64,000 nt of DNA from an uncultured SAR86 cluster bacterium (GTDB lineage: Bacteria; Pseudomonadota; Gammaproteobacteria; Magnimaribacterales; AG-339-G14), in NCBI GenBank assembly GCA_902614235.1, contig CACMKG010000002.1:148038-212037 (forward strand), given 5' to 3'. The translations under genes and the position numbers were made by a program. Position 1 is the first letter of the stretch, and every line of letters starts with the position of its first letter. This document shows, one piece after another, positions 38,359 to 48,392 of this stretch. The notes beneath the pieces were generated by a model. That model was not told where the DNA came from, made no database searches, and was given only the letters and a program-made list of their open reading frames with translations.

Positions 38359-41128
38359 CTTTTCCAGTTATATTTTCGTTGCATCTTAAACAAATGTTAT
38401 CTTCGCCATAAGAAACTAACGATTCAACATGATGCCAGCAACGAGCGCATTTTTCTAAATCTGTGGATTTAATAGAAATACTTAAACCTGGAATTTCAGA
38501 ATTAAAATTTTCTTCTTCTTTTAGGGTTAAGTTAACTTTTGAAGTAATAAAAAGATATTTTAATTCATTTGATATTTCGTTTAATTGCATAAAAATTTTA
38601 TTGTTACATTCCAAATCTAATTCCGCTTCTAAAGAAGACCCTATTTCTCCATTATTCCTTTTTTCCTCTAAATATTTATTTACTTCTGTTTTCATAAGAA
38701 GAAGAAGATCCCACGTTTCATCATTTATTGAAGTTTCAAATTTAGGCCAATCTTCATACCATTCAAGGAGGAATACCGAAGATTTGTCTTTTTTAAATTC
38801 TTGATAAGCTTCTTCCGCCGTATAGCTCAGTATTGGCGCTATCCATCTTATTAAGCCATTTAAAACATGATAAATTGCTAATTGAGACGATTTTCTAGCA
38901 GCTCCATCTTTTTTCGATGTATATAAGCGGTCTTTAATAATATCTAAATAAAAACTTCCTAATTCATTTGAACAAAAAGAAAGTATTTTTTGGAAAGCAA
39001 GATGAATTTCATAATTATCATAATCCAATTTAATTTGTTCCTGAAGATCATTTGCTTTTTCAATTATCCATTTATCTATTTCGGTATATTTAAATAGATC
39101 TAAATCATCATTTTTTAAATCAAAATCATCAAGATTACTAATCAAAAATCTAATTGTATTTCTTATGCGTCGATAGGAATCGGAAGTCCTCTCTAAAATC
39201 TCTTCCGAAAAATTCATTTCATTTCTAAAATCGGTAGAGGCAACCCATGCTCTTAAAATTTCTGCACCACGCTTGTTCCAAACCGATTGAGGAGAAATCA
39301 CATTGCCTAAAGATTTTGACATCTTTTTTCCTTTTGAATCCACTACAAAACCATGAGTCAATGCAGTTCTATAAGGAGAATCTTTATTCATAGCCACAGA
39401 TGACAGCAACGATGATTGAAACCATCCTCTGTGCTGATCAGAGCCTTCCAAATATAAATCAGCGGGATAGTTTAAATTTTCATTTTCTTTCAAAACACAA
39501 TTATGAGTTACCCCCGAATCAAACCAAACATCTAATATGTCAGTGACCTTCTCGTATTCTTTATAATCCTTATCTAAAACGTTTTTAATATCTTCAGAAA
39601 ACCAAGCTTCAATTCCTTCTGTTTCAACTTTTTTCGCAATCCTATCAATTATTTCCAAAGTATCTTTATGAAGCTCTCCTGTTTCTTTATGAATAATTAA
39701 TGTTAAAGGAACGCCCCAAGTTCTTTGTCTTGAAACACACCAATCAGGTCTGTCAGACATCATTGCAGATATTCTTGATTTACCCCAATCCGGTAACCAA
39801 TTTATTTCTTCAATCATACTTTCACTATTTTCTAAGAGATCTGATTTTTTCATAGAAATAAACCATTGAGGAGTCGCTCTATAAAATAATGGAATTTTGT
39901 GTCTCCAGCAGGTTGAAACACTATGAAAATATTTTTTGTTAGCCATCAGTAAACTTTTTTCGCTTAAAAGGTCGATTACAGTCTCATTAGCCTCCTTAAT
40001 GGTTTGCCCTCCTACAAAAGAAATATTATCTCTAAATTTTCCATCTCCTTTGACAGGACTAGTTAAGTCAAATCCTAAATCTTTACATGCTTCGTAATCT
40101 TCCAGTCCATGGGCTGGTGCGGTATGCACAAACCCAGTTCCCATTTCTTGAGTAACGTGATCTCCTGAAATCAGAGGAGACTTTTGATCTAAAAAAGGAT
40201 GATCACAAATTAAACCTGAAAGCTTGTCTCCAGTAACTTTGCCTAATTTTGTATATTTATCTAATTCATATCTTTCCAAGGTCGCCTCAATAAGATCAGA
40301 ACAAATTATTAAATTTAAAATTTTTCCTTTAAATTTAAGCTCTATTAATTCGTAAGTGAATTTAGAGTTAAAACATATCGCCTTGTTACTTGGAATAGTC
40401 CATGGAGTAGTTGTCCAAGAAGCTACAAAAATATTTTCCGAAGAAATGGTTTTAAAAATATATTTGAGTTGATCGGACTTAATAGGAAATAAAAAATCAA
40501 TAGCTTTAGATTCTTTGTCCGCATATTCAACTTCTGCCTCCGCTAAAGCTGAACCACATTCTTTACACCAATAAACTGGTTTAGAGCCGCGATGGAGATG
40601 CCCTGCTTCAATTATTTTTCCGAGTGATCTTATAATGTTGGCTTCAAATTTAAAGTCCATGGTTTTATAGGGATTTTTCCAATCCGCTACCACGCCCAAT
40701 CTTTTGAAATCATTTCTTTGGATAGCAATTTGTTGATTAGCATATTCTCTACATTGGGATCTAAATTCTTCCGGAGAAATATCTATGTTTGCTTTTCCAG
40801 ACTTTTTTTCTACATTCAATTCAATTGGCAATCCATGGCAATCCCAACCTGGCACATAAGGCGAGTTATAACCTGAGAAAATTTTTGATTTAATTATTAT
40901 GTCCTTCAATACTTTATTCACCACATGCCCCAAATGTATCGGTCCGTTTGCGTAAGGAGGCCCATCATGCAAAATAAATTTTGGTTTATTTTTATTTTTT
41001 TCTAAAATTTTTGAATACAAATCCATTTCTTCCCAAAATTTTAATATTTCAGGTTCTTTCTGTGCCAAATTGGCTTTCATAGAAAAGCCAGTGCTAGGCA
41101 AGTTTAATGTTTCCTTCAATTTCTTCAT
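38336..41128 (-). CDS. ileS: Isoleucine--tRNA ligase
   Basis: HLGH (HIGH) and KMSKS motifs, CP1 editing domain, and a C-terminal Zn cluster (CARCWHH...CLRC); 930 aa. Confidence 0.97.
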   Translation of the reverse strand: MKKLKETLNLPSTGFSMKANLAQKEPEILKFWEEMDLYSKILEKNKNKPKFILHDGPPYANGPIHLGHVVNKVLKDIIIKSKIFSGYNSPYVPGWDCHGLPIELNVEKKSGKANIDISPEEFRSQCREYANQQIAIQRNDFKRLGVVADWKNPYKTMDFKFEANIIRSLGKIIEAGHLHRGSKPVYWCKECGSALAEAEVEYADKESKAIDFLFPIKSDQLKYIFKTISSENIFVASWTTTPWTIPSNKAICFNSKFTYELIELKFKGKILNLIICSDLIEATLERYELDKYTKLGKVTGDKLSGLICDHPFLDQKSPLISGDHVTQEMGTGFVHTAPAHGLEDYEACKDLGFDLTSPVKGDGKFRDNISFVGGQTIKEANETVIDLLSEKSLLMANKKYFHSVSTCWRHKIPLFYRATPQWFISMKKSDLLENSESMIEEINWLPDWGKSRISAMMSDRPDWCVSRQRTWGVPLTLIIHKETGELHKDTLEIIDRIAKKVETEGIEAWFSEDIKNVLDKDYKEYEKVTDILDVWFDSGVTHNCVLKENENLNYPADLYLEGSDQHRGWFQSSLLSSVAMNKDSPYRTALTHGFVVDSKGKKMSKSLGNVISPQSVWNKRGAEILRAWVASTDFRNEMNFSEEILERTSDSYRRIRNTIRFLISNLDDFDLKNDDLDLFKYTEIDKWIIEKANDLQEQIKLDYDNYEIHLAFQKILSFCSNELGSFYLDIIKDRLYTSKKDGAARKSSQLAIYHVLNGLIRWIAPILSYTAEEAYQEFKKDKSSVFLLEWYEDWPKFETSINDETWDLLLLMKTEVNKYLEEKRNNGEIGSSLEAELDLECNNKIFMQLNEISNELKYLFITSKVNLTLKEEENFNSEIPGLSISIKSTDLEKCARCWHHVESLVSYGEDNICLRCNENITGKGETRFFI

Positions 41129-41132
41129 TTAC

Positions 41133-42077
41133 TTAAGAAAAATATTTTCTGGTTTCTGCTATATCCAAATTAATTTGTTCTTTTAATTTGTCTAAGTTTT
41201 CAAATTTTTTTTCGTTCCTTATTTTTTGATAAAACTCAACTTCTATTCTGCAACCATATATTTCTTCATTAAAATCAAATATATGAATCTCTAGAACAGG
41301 AGATGTTCCACCCACAGTTGGTCTAACACCCATATTAGCAATTCCATTGAAAGTTTCACCTTTTACCAAAGCTTTTACTGCATATACGCCTTTAATCGGA
41401 AGATTGCTTTTTGGTACCCAAATATTTGCAGTAGGAACTCCTATTGTTCTGCCGACCTTGTTTCCAAAAACAACTTTGCCTGAAAAGGTATATCTTCTAT
41501 CTAATAATTTTGCAGCCAAATCAAAATTTCCATCAGCAATACTTTCTCTTATCCAAGTGCTACTTACTCGTCTACCCTCAAAACTATGCGTAGGAATCCT
41601 GTCAACCTCTATCTGATTGTTCGATCCCCAATCAGATAAAAAGTCAAAATCTCCACTTCTTTCTTTACCAAATTTAAAATCATCGCCAACCATTAAATAT
41701 TTTATATTTAACTTTGAAAGTATCTTGTCAATAAACTCATCTGGAGACATGTTTTGAAGTTTTTTATTGAATCTAAGGAAAAATCCAAAATCAACTTTGT
41801 TTTCTTTAAGTCTTTTGCATTTGTCTCTCCATGGAGAAATTCGCGTAGGTTGTTCAGATAATGCCTTTTGCTCAGCAAAAAATTCTTTTGCATGAGGTTC
41901 AGTAAAAATTACTAAAGATTGCAAATCATCCTTATCACCGATTGATTTCATTTTTTTTATAATCTCTTTGTGGCCTAAATGAAGGCCGTCAAAATTGCCA
42001 ATTGTTGCAATCAATGGTTTTGAGGAAAACTTTTTGTTAAAGAAATCTATATTATGTATGTCTCTAATTAAATACAT
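41133..42077 (-). CDS. ribF: Bifunctional riboflavin kinase / FMN adenylyltransferase
   Basis: GNFDGLHLGH N-domain and a riboflavin-kinase C-domain (GVPTANI...LEIHIFDF). Confidence 0.95.
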   Translation of the reverse strand: MYLIRDIHNIDFFNKKFSSKPLIATIGNFDGLHLGHKEIIKKMKSIGDKDDLQSLVIFTEPHAKEFFAEQKALSEQPTRISPWRDKCKRLKENKVDFGFFLRFNKKLQNMSPDEFIDKILSKLNIKYLMVGDDFKFGKERSGDFDFLSDWGSNNQIEVDRIPTHSFEGRRVSSTWIRESIADGNFDLAAKLLDRRYTFSGKVVFGNKVGRTIGVPTANIWVPKSNLPIKGVYAVKALVKGETFNGIANMGVRPTVGGTSPVLEIHIFDFNEEIYGCRIEVEFYQKIRNEKKFENLDKLKEQINLDIAETRKYFS

Positions 42078-42078
42078 A

Positions 42079-43389
42079 TTAGATTAATTTTAAAATTCCC
42101 TGTTTGCGAAGCCAAATATAACTAACTATAAAAATAATGCCTGAACTAATAGAAGTTGCTAAAGCCAGACCGAAGTGACCATAGTCTAATTGATAAATAA
42201 AAAAATAATTAAAAATTATATTTGAAATTAAAGAAACTAAACCAGTTACAACAACCATATTGGCTTTAGAAATTGCAAAAAAGATGCTATTAAAAAATTT
42301 TTGAGGCAAGATAAATAACATTGAAAAAGCATACCCCTGTAAGGCTAGAAAGGTCATTCCAACGTCAAAAGAAGTGAATTCTCCTCTCAAGAAAAGTAAT
42401 TTAATTGCTAATTCACCAAATAAAAAAGCTCCAATAACGCATAAAAGTCCTAAAAAAAATAATACCTTTAATAATTTTTTACTCTGAAGAGTTAATTCTT
42501 CCATTTTTTTTTCAAGGAATAATTCGGTCATATTCGGTAATGCTACCAAGGCAACAGCCACACCAAACAATCCAAGCGGAAACTGAATCAATCTTTCTGA
42601 AAGATAGAGCCAAGTAGGGCTGCCTGTAACTAAAAAAGAAGCAAAAATAGTGTCAACTAAGACGTTTAGTTGATAGATACCTGCCGCAAAAAAAGCAGGA
42701 ATTAATTTATTAAAAAAGGATTTAAGTATTTCTTTATCAAAATTTAAAACTAATTTTGGAAAGTAATTAAAATAAATCACAACGATAAAATTAATTCCAA
42801 GTTGAATTAATCCAGCAATCAAAATTGCAATTCCCAAAATTTGCAAATCAAATTCATTAGAAAATAAAGCAAAGCAGATTAAAGTGATATTAAAAATAAT
42901 TGGAGTTGCAGCAATAATTTGGAAAATCTTTTTTGAGTTTTGAATCGCCCCAAAAAAAGCTGTAAAAGAAATTAACAAAATATAAGGAAAAACTAACCTT
43001 AAAAAATCTGAAGCTGATTGATATTTTTCTGGATCTACGAAAAATCCAGGTGCGAATATTGAGATAAATAAACCTGGGAAAAGTTCTGCGATCATCACAA
43101 AGGATAAAAGAGTTACAAACAACAAGGTGAAAACTTGATTTAAAAAGGAATTCAAATTTTCCTTAGCTTCTATGATGCTAGGAACCAAGGATTGCGCTAA
43201 TGCTCCCTCTCCAAAGAAACTTCTAAAAACGTTTGGAATTCTAAAAATTACAACAAAAATATCATGAGCTGAACTAGCGCCCAGAAGAGATGTTAAAACA
43301 AGATCTCTGAGGTATCCGAAGATTCTTGATATGAGTGTAAAAAAAGAAAACCCAGCTGAAGATTGCCAAATCTTACTCATCAGGCTCAA
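42079..43389 (-). CDS. murJ: Lipid II flippase MurJ (MviN), short 436-aa form
   Basis: RIFGYLRDLVLTSLLGAS...FRIPNVFRSFFGEGALAQSLVP is colinear with E. coli MurJ from residue 1. It ends where TM12 ends. Confidence 0.85.
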   Translation of the reverse strand: MSLMSKIWQSSAGFSFFTLISRIFGYLRDLVLTSLLGASSAHDIFVVIFRIPNVFRSFFGEGALAQSLVPSIIEAKENLNSFLNQVFTLLFVTLLSFVMIAELFPGLFISIFAPGFFVDPEKYQSASDFLRLVFPYILLISFTAFFGAIQNSKKIFQIIAATPIIFNITLICFALFSNEFDLQILGIAILIAGLIQLGINFIVVIYFNYFPKLVLNFDKEILKSFFNKLIPAFFAAGIYQLNVLVDTIFASFLVTGSPTWLYLSERLIQFPLGLFGVAVALVALPNMTELFLEKKMEELTLQSKKLLKVLFFLGLLCVIGAFLFGELAIKLLFLRGEFTSFDVGMTFLALQGYAFSMLFILPQKFFNSIFFAISKANMVVVTGLVSLISNIIFNYFFIYQLDYGHFGLALATSISSGIIFIVSYIWLRKQGILKLI

Positions 43390-43747
43390 AAGTCATGGCA
43401 ACAGAATTCATACAATATCTCAATCCTGTTGGCTGAGGGCCATCTGGGAAAACATGCCCTAAATGAGCATTACAATTTCCACATTGAACCTCAACTCTTA
43501 TCATTCCATGACTCCTATCTTCAACATTTTTAACTGCAGCCTCATTTATTGGTTGCCAAAAGCTTGGCCACCCCGTACCAGACTCAAATTTGGTTTTAGT
43601 GACAAAGAGAGGATTTCCACAACAAACGCATTTAAAAACACCATCATCTTTTACATCTAATAATTCTCCGGTAAAAGCAGGTTCAGTACCTTGTTCTTGA
43701 GTTACATAATAGGCTTTGTCAGATATTTTGTCTTTTAGGTCTTTCAT
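43373..43747 (-). CDS. msrB: Peptide-methionine (R)-S-oxide reductase
   Basis: Two CxxC Zn motifs (CVCCGNPLF, CGNCNAHLGHVF) and a catalytic RYCMNS. Confidence 0.95.
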   Translation of the reverse strand: MKDLKDKISDKAYYVTQEQGTEPAFTGELLDVKDDGVFKCVCCGNPLFVTKTKFESGTGWPSFWQPINEAAVKNVEDRSHGMIRVEVQCGNCNAHLGHVFPDGPQPTGLRYCMNSVAMTFEPDE

Positions 43748-43764
43748 CCATTTATTATAAAGAT

Positions 43765-44862
43765 TTATTCTTCATGAATCTTAAATCCTAATAAAGTTAG
43801 TAATTCTTTTTTTTCATCGCTTAGCAATTTTGTTGACAAAAGGTAGTCTCTAAAACCCATTCTTTCATTTTTTTTTCTGACTGCCTGAAAAAAGTTGGAA
43901 AATGAATCCCTTCCATTAAATAGATTTAAATCTTTTTTGAAAGAGTCGCTTATGCTTTCAATATCGATAAAACGCTTAATAAATTTAAATGGAATTTCAC
44001 TCTCTTTAATTTCATCATTGTCTAAAAACTTATCTAAATTAAGCGTTTTATTTATTGGTTTTAAATTATTTAAATCATTTGTTTCGAAAAACTCTTTCAG
44101 TGAATCAATTGCTAAATTAAGAGCCTCAGTTTTAGAATTTAAAGTATTTCCAGCAATATGAGGAGTTCCTATAAAAGTATCCCCGATATCATCCACATTT
44201 AAATTTGGTTCTTTATTCCAAACATCGCAAATAAGTTTTGCATTGGTATTTTTCATAATTGCTTTGTAATCGACAACTTCTCCTCTAGAAGTATTTATCA
44301 GCATTTGCTCAGGCTCTAAATTCGAAATTAAGTTGTGTGATGGATAATCACCTTTTTTTGAGTAAGACGCATTAACGCTTATGATTGGACATCTTAATAC
44401 AGCATCCTTTTGATCAATGCTGTTTTCAAACTTATATGGATCAAAGGTTATAGTTTCGTAATTAAAAAAAGAGAGTACTTTTTTTAATTTACTTCCGATA
44501 TGTCCTTCTCCAATCATCCCAACTTTTTTTTCTGAAGCAAAGCTCAGTGCGTCCAATGTGTATTCTAAAACAGCTTGTGCATTGGCACCTTTAGCAGTTT
44601 TTATAAAAATTTTTCTAGAAGATAAAAAATCATGATCTATGTGATCCTCTCCAGAAGTTAGAGAAAAAATAAATTTAATATCTGTGCCATGAATTAGCTC
44701 ATCATTTAAAATTGTTGCAGATCTAGACAGCAAAGCTTGTGAGTTTTTTAAGGTTTTTTTATTTATTTCATCGAAGGGTAAAGTTTTTAAACGGAAAGTT
44801 TTTGAGTTTTCAAAAACTTCTTTTAAATATGGAATATCTTTGTCAGCAACTATCTCAATCAT
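43765..44862 (-). CDS. pdxB: Erythronate-4-phosphate dehydrogenase
   Basis: 2-hydroxyacid dehydrogenase core plus the PdxB-specific C-terminal dimerisation domain; 365 aa. Confidence 0.82.
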   Translation of the reverse strand: MIEIVADKDIPYLKEVFENSKTFRLKTLPFDEINKKTLKNSQALLSRSATILNDELIHGTDIKFIFSLTSGEDHIDHDFLSSRKIFIKTAKGANAQAVLEYTLDALSFASEKKVGMIGEGHIGSKLKKVLSFFNYETITFDPYKFENSIDQKDAVLRCPIISVNASYSKKGDYPSHNLISNLEPEQMLINTSRGEVVDYKAIMKNTNAKLICDVWNKEPNLNVDDIGDTFIGTPHIAGNTLNSKTEALNLAIDSLKEFFETNDLNNLKPINKTLNLDKFLDNDEIKESEIPFKFIKRFIDIESISDSFKKDLNLFNGRDSFSNFFQAVRKKNERMGFRDYLLSTKLLSDEKKELLTLLGFKIHEE

Positions 44863-45614
44863 TGATCAGAACTTGGATGAAATTTACTTTTTATCCATCT
44901 AATTAGAGTGTTTTTTTTCAAACTAATTCGATCAATCTCAAGATAAAGGTCATCTAATTCTTTCGGGCTAGAAAACATATCTGCTCTTGAAACAATTTTT
45001 TCTTCAGAGTCTAATTCTTTAACTATTTTTGCAGGATTTCCTGCTACTACTACATTTGCCGGCACATCTTTTATTACTACTGTTCTAGCACCAACAATTG
45101 AATTTTTTCCAATAGTCACGCCCTTGCTCACTATTGCTCCATCACCAATCCAAACATTATCCTCAAGTACTACTTCCTTCGATTGGCCTACAGGCAGTGC
45201 ACGATCATATATCCCATGCCAATCTGAGTCAGATATGTATGCACTATTAGCAAACATACAAGAATTTCCAATTTTAACTTTTGTCGCAGCTGAAACTCTC
45301 ACCCCGGGACTGAATAAACAATAATCTCCAATTTCTATTTTTCCATTATGCTTATCTGCATTCCAAGTGGTTAAATGAATATGCGAGTCTGGTGCAGAAA
45401 TAAAAGTTGCAAAGTCTCCCACTGAGATTCCCTCTCCATTTATATGCAAGTATTTAACGCCCAAAACCAGAGGCCCATCACCCAAATTTTCAAATTGGGG
45501 CGCTAAAACGTTTTTAATATATTTTTGATCAAACCACCAATGAATGCGTTTTAACCAAAAGGGGCGATTATCTCTTCTAATTTTTATCTCCAGGACAGTT
45601 TCAAGTAGTATCAT
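44859..45614 (-). CDS. Hexapeptide-repeat (LbH) acyl/acetyltransferase
   Basis: Repeated [LIV]G-x4 hexapeptides (VWIGDGAIVSKGVTIGKNSIVGARTVV). Confidence 0.75.
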   Translation of the reverse strand: MILLETVLEIKIRRDNRPFWLKRIHWWFDQKYIKNVLAPQFENLGDGPLVLGVKYLHINGEGISVGDFATFISAPDSHIHLTTWNADKHNGKIEIGDYCLFSPGVRVSAATKVKIGNSCMFANSAYISDSDWHGIYDRALPVGQSKEVVLEDNVWIGDGAIVSKGVTIGKNSIVGARTVVIKDVPANVVVAGNPAKIVKELDSEEKIVSRADMFSSPKELDDLYLEIDRISLKKNTLIRWIKSKFHPSSDQ

Positions 45615-45625
45615 ACCCTACCTTT

Positions 45626-47038
45626 ATGAACGAAATCGAAGATAAGCTTCCTGAAATAGTTGGCCAAGATTCAAAAAAAATGAGTTTTGAACTTAAAACT
45701 TTTGCAAGTTTAGCTATACCTATTTATTTTTCTCAGCTTGCTTCACATGCTACCGGCGTCATTGCAGCTTTAATGACAGGAAGTTACAGCACCTTAGATC
45801 AAGCAGCGGTAGCAACGGGCAATATGCTTTTTTGGCCAGTTTTTTTTGGATTGGGTGGAAGTTTGTTCATTGTGACTGCATTTGTAGCTCAATTCTATGG
45901 GGCCAAAAAGAATCATGAAATTGGACCGTTATTGAAACAAGCTTTTTGGTTATGCATTCCTCTTATAATTCTTGTAACAATTTATCTATCCTATGCCGGG
46001 CAGATACTTGATTTTTTTGGTACCCCTGAAGATGTTCAAAATATTACTAGAAGTTACTTGAATGGCTTAATGATAGGAACTCCAGCGTTATTTTTGTTTC
46101 AACCCCTTAAATCCTTCAGTGAAGGCATTACAAGACCAATTCCAATAACAATAATCAATTTAGGAATGGTGGCTTCAAATGCTCTATTAAATTATGGATT
46201 TATATTTGGAAAATTTGGCCTGCCAGAGCTCGGCGGAGCAGGCTGTGGTATTTCTTTTGCTATTTCATCTTGGGGTGCTTTATTAGCGTTAGTAATTTAT
46301 ATTTATTCTTCCAAATATTATCAATCTGCAAATTTATTTTCGGAATATGAAAAACCGAACCTAGAAAAGATTTCAGAGATCTTTAAATTAGGTTTTCCAA
46401 TAGGTGCCTGCATATTTGTTGAGTTTGGTCTTTTTAGTGGTTCTGGTCTTCTGCTTAGTAATCTTGGTGAGAAAACAATTGCCTCCCATGCCATTGCCAT
46501 GCAAGTAACTACAGTTACCTTTATGTTGCCATTATCAGTTGGATTAGCAGCTGCTGTTAGATCTGGCAATCTTCTTGGAGCAAGAGAATTTGTGGCAGCT
46601 AGATATTCATCTTTTTTTGCAATTGTGACAGCTGTTACATTGGCTTCATTTAATTTTGTAGGTTTAATATTATTTGGAGGTAAATTTGCATCTTGGTTTA
46701 ATGCTGATCCTTCAATAATTGCTCTTTCCAGCTCTCTTTTGTTCGTTGCAGCTTTTATGCAGTTATCCGACGGAATAAGCTTTACAGGTCAAGGAGCCTT
46801 AAGAGGTTACAAAGATACTTACGCCCCCATGTACATTATGATTATAGCGTTTTGGTGTTTTGGCCTTCCTATCGGATACTCTTTAGGTTTAACTGATTTT
46901 TTTGTTCCAGCTCAAGGTGCTTATGGCATGTGGATTGGGATGTGTTGTGGAGTGATCTTAGCTTCCATTTTGGTCTTATTTAGATTGGATAGAACTACCA
47001 AAAAAGCCATACAGGATAAAAATTTTAAAATTTTTTAA
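45626..47038 (+). CDS. MATE family efflux transporter
   Basis: 12-TM profile and the MatE duplicated layout; 470 aa. An alternative start is Met19. Confidence 0.87.
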   Translation: MNEIEDKLPEIVGQDSKKMSFELKTFASLAIPIYFSQLASHATGVIAALMTGSYSTLDQAAVATGNMLFWPVFFGLGGSLFIVTAFVAQFYGAKKNHEIGPLLKQAFWLCIPLIILVTIYLSYAGQILDFFGTPEDVQNITRSYLNGLMIGTPALFLFQPLKSFSEGITRPIPITIINLGMVASNALLNYGFIFGKFGLPELGGAGCGISFAISSWGALLALVIYIYSSKYYQSANLFSEYEKPNLEKISEIFKLGFPIGACIFVEFGLFSGSGLLLSNLGEKTIASHAIAMQVTTVTFMLPLSVGLAAAVRSGNLLGAREFVAARYSSFFAIVTAVTLASFNFVGLILFGGKFASWFNADPSIIALSSSLLFVAAFMQLSDGISFTGQGALRGYKDTYAPMYIMIIAFWCFGLPIGYSLGLTDFFVPAQGAYGMWIGMCCGVILASILVLFRLDRTTKKAIQDKNFKIF

Positions 47039-47066
47039 CTAAGAAATAATTTAAAATATACCTTTT

Positions 47067-47843
47067 ATGAAAGTCGTTGTTGTAAGTGGTGGTTTCGATC
47101 CAGTTCATTCTGGACATATAGCCTATTTCAAAGCCGCTAAAGAATTAGGAGACAAGCTAATTGTAGCTTTAAATAGCGATGATTGGCTTGTAAATAAAAA
47201 GGGAAAATTTTTTATGCCCTTTGAAGAGCGAAGTGTCATTATTGAAAATCTAAAAATGGTTGATGAAGTAATAGATTTTGAAGATGATGAAAATGGAAGT
47301 GCTTCAAAAGCATTGATAAAAGTTAAAAATTCTTACCCGAATGAAGAAATTATATTTTGTAACGGCGGAGATCGAACAAAAGATAATATTACCGAGATGG
47401 AGGTTGAAGATATTACTTTCAAGTTTGGTGTAGGAGGTGAGGACAAAAAAAATTCATCGAGTTGGATTCTAAAGAATTTTCAATATGATAGAGAAGAAAG
47501 GGTTTGGGGAGAGTTTTATGAATTATTTTCAAATAATTTTCTTAAACTCAAGGAATTGATCATTGCTCCAGGAAAAGGGATGAGTTTCCAAAGACATTTT
47601 TTAAGAAACGAGATTTGGTTTGTCAGTAAAGGGAAATGTTCTGTCAATTTCAGTAAAAAAGATCCCGAAAATTATGAAGAAATATCTTTAGATACCGAAG
47701 ACACCTTCCATGTGAAAAAAGAATCTTGGCATCAAATTTTTAACCCATTTGATCAGCCTTGTCATATTATTGAAATTCAATATGGGGCAGAGACTAACGA
47801 AGATGATATAGAACGTTTAAGGTATTTTAAAAATGAAGATTGA
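47067..47843 (+). CDS. Fusion protein: cytidylyl/adenylyltransferase-like domain (HxGH) + type II phosphomannose-isomerase cupin
   Basis: The N-domain GGFDPVHSGHIAYFKAAKELGDKLIVALNSD resembles RfaE domain II / TagD. The C-domain has RVWGEF, PGKGMSFQRHFLRNEIWFV, WHQIFNP and IEIQYG...EDDIERL. Confidence 0.7.
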   Translation: MKVVVVSGGFDPVHSGHIAYFKAAKELGDKLIVALNSDDWLVNKKGKFFMPFEERSVIIENLKMVDEVIDFEDDENGSASKALIKVKNSYPNEEIIFCNGGDRTKDNITEMEVEDITFKFGVGGEDKKNSSSWILKNFQYDREERVWGEFYELFSNNFLKLKELIIAPGKGMSFQRHFLRNEIWFVSKGKCSVNFSKKDPENYEEISLDTEDTFHVKKESWHQIFNPFDQPCHIIEIQYGAETNEDDIERLRYFKNED

Positions 47844-48048
47844 CGCTATTGGTTTGATTTGTCCTGAACCAATTATGCTTCTTCATAAAGCTATTCATGA
47901 ATCTGATTCGGGTCAAATAATTGAACTAATCGCCACTGATCCTGCAGCAAAAAAAGATGTTGAAAAATTTTGTGAATTTCTTTGTCACCAGTTGATATCT
48001 TTTGAAAAAAAAGATGATCAGTTAATTTTTAGAATAAAAAAAAAATAA
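47833..48048 (+). CDS. tusA: Sulfurtransferase TusA family
   Basis: IDAIGLICPEPIMLLHKAI (Cys-Pro-x-Pro active site) and ATDPAAKKDVEKFC; 71 aa. It overlaps the upstream gene by 11 nt. Confidence 0.85.
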   Translation: MKIDAIGLICPEPIMLLHKAIHESDSGQIIELIATDPAAKKDVEKFCEFLCHQLISFEKKDDQLIFRIKKK

Positions 48049-48072
48049 AAGGGCCTCTTAAGGCCCTTTCAT
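48037..48072. terminator. Bidirectional terminator between convergent tusA and the 103-aa gene
   Basis: The hairpin is GGGCCT-CTTA-AGGCCC (48051-48066). It is flanked by an A-run on the left (a U-run for the minus transcript) and TTT on the right. Confidence 0.65.
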
Positions 48073-48384
48073 TTAAATCATGCTGTAGTAAATATCCGTA
48101 CTTATATATTCAATATCTGGATAACCTTCATTAATAAATTTTTGAAACTCAGGCCAAAACTCTGATTCCATCATTTCATCTTGCCATTTCCCATAATCCT
48201 CATGAGAATCAAACTCTATAGAATAGTATGCTTTTTGAACTCCTCCTCCAGAAACAGAACGCCAAAATCTTGGATTCTTGGCTCCCAAGGAAGCGTGGAG
48301 ATCAGCGGCAGCTTTAACATTATCGACAGTTTCTTGTATTTTTTCAGGGGTTCCTTCCCACTTTGTAACAGCTATTACAATCAT
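48073..48384 (-). CDS. Hypothetical cytoplasmic protein, probable ferredoxin-like alpha+beta (dimeric barrel) fold
   Basis: 103 aa with no signal peptide and no motif I recognise. It lies 8 nt downstream of the secreted 247-aa gene. Confidence 0.5.
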   Translation of the reverse strand: MIVIAVTKWEGTPEKIQETVDNVKAAADLHASLGAKNPRFWRSVSGGGVQKAYYSIEFDSHEDYGKWQDEMMESEFWPEFQKFINEGYPDIEYISTDIYYSMI

Positions 48385-48392
48385 ATTTACCT

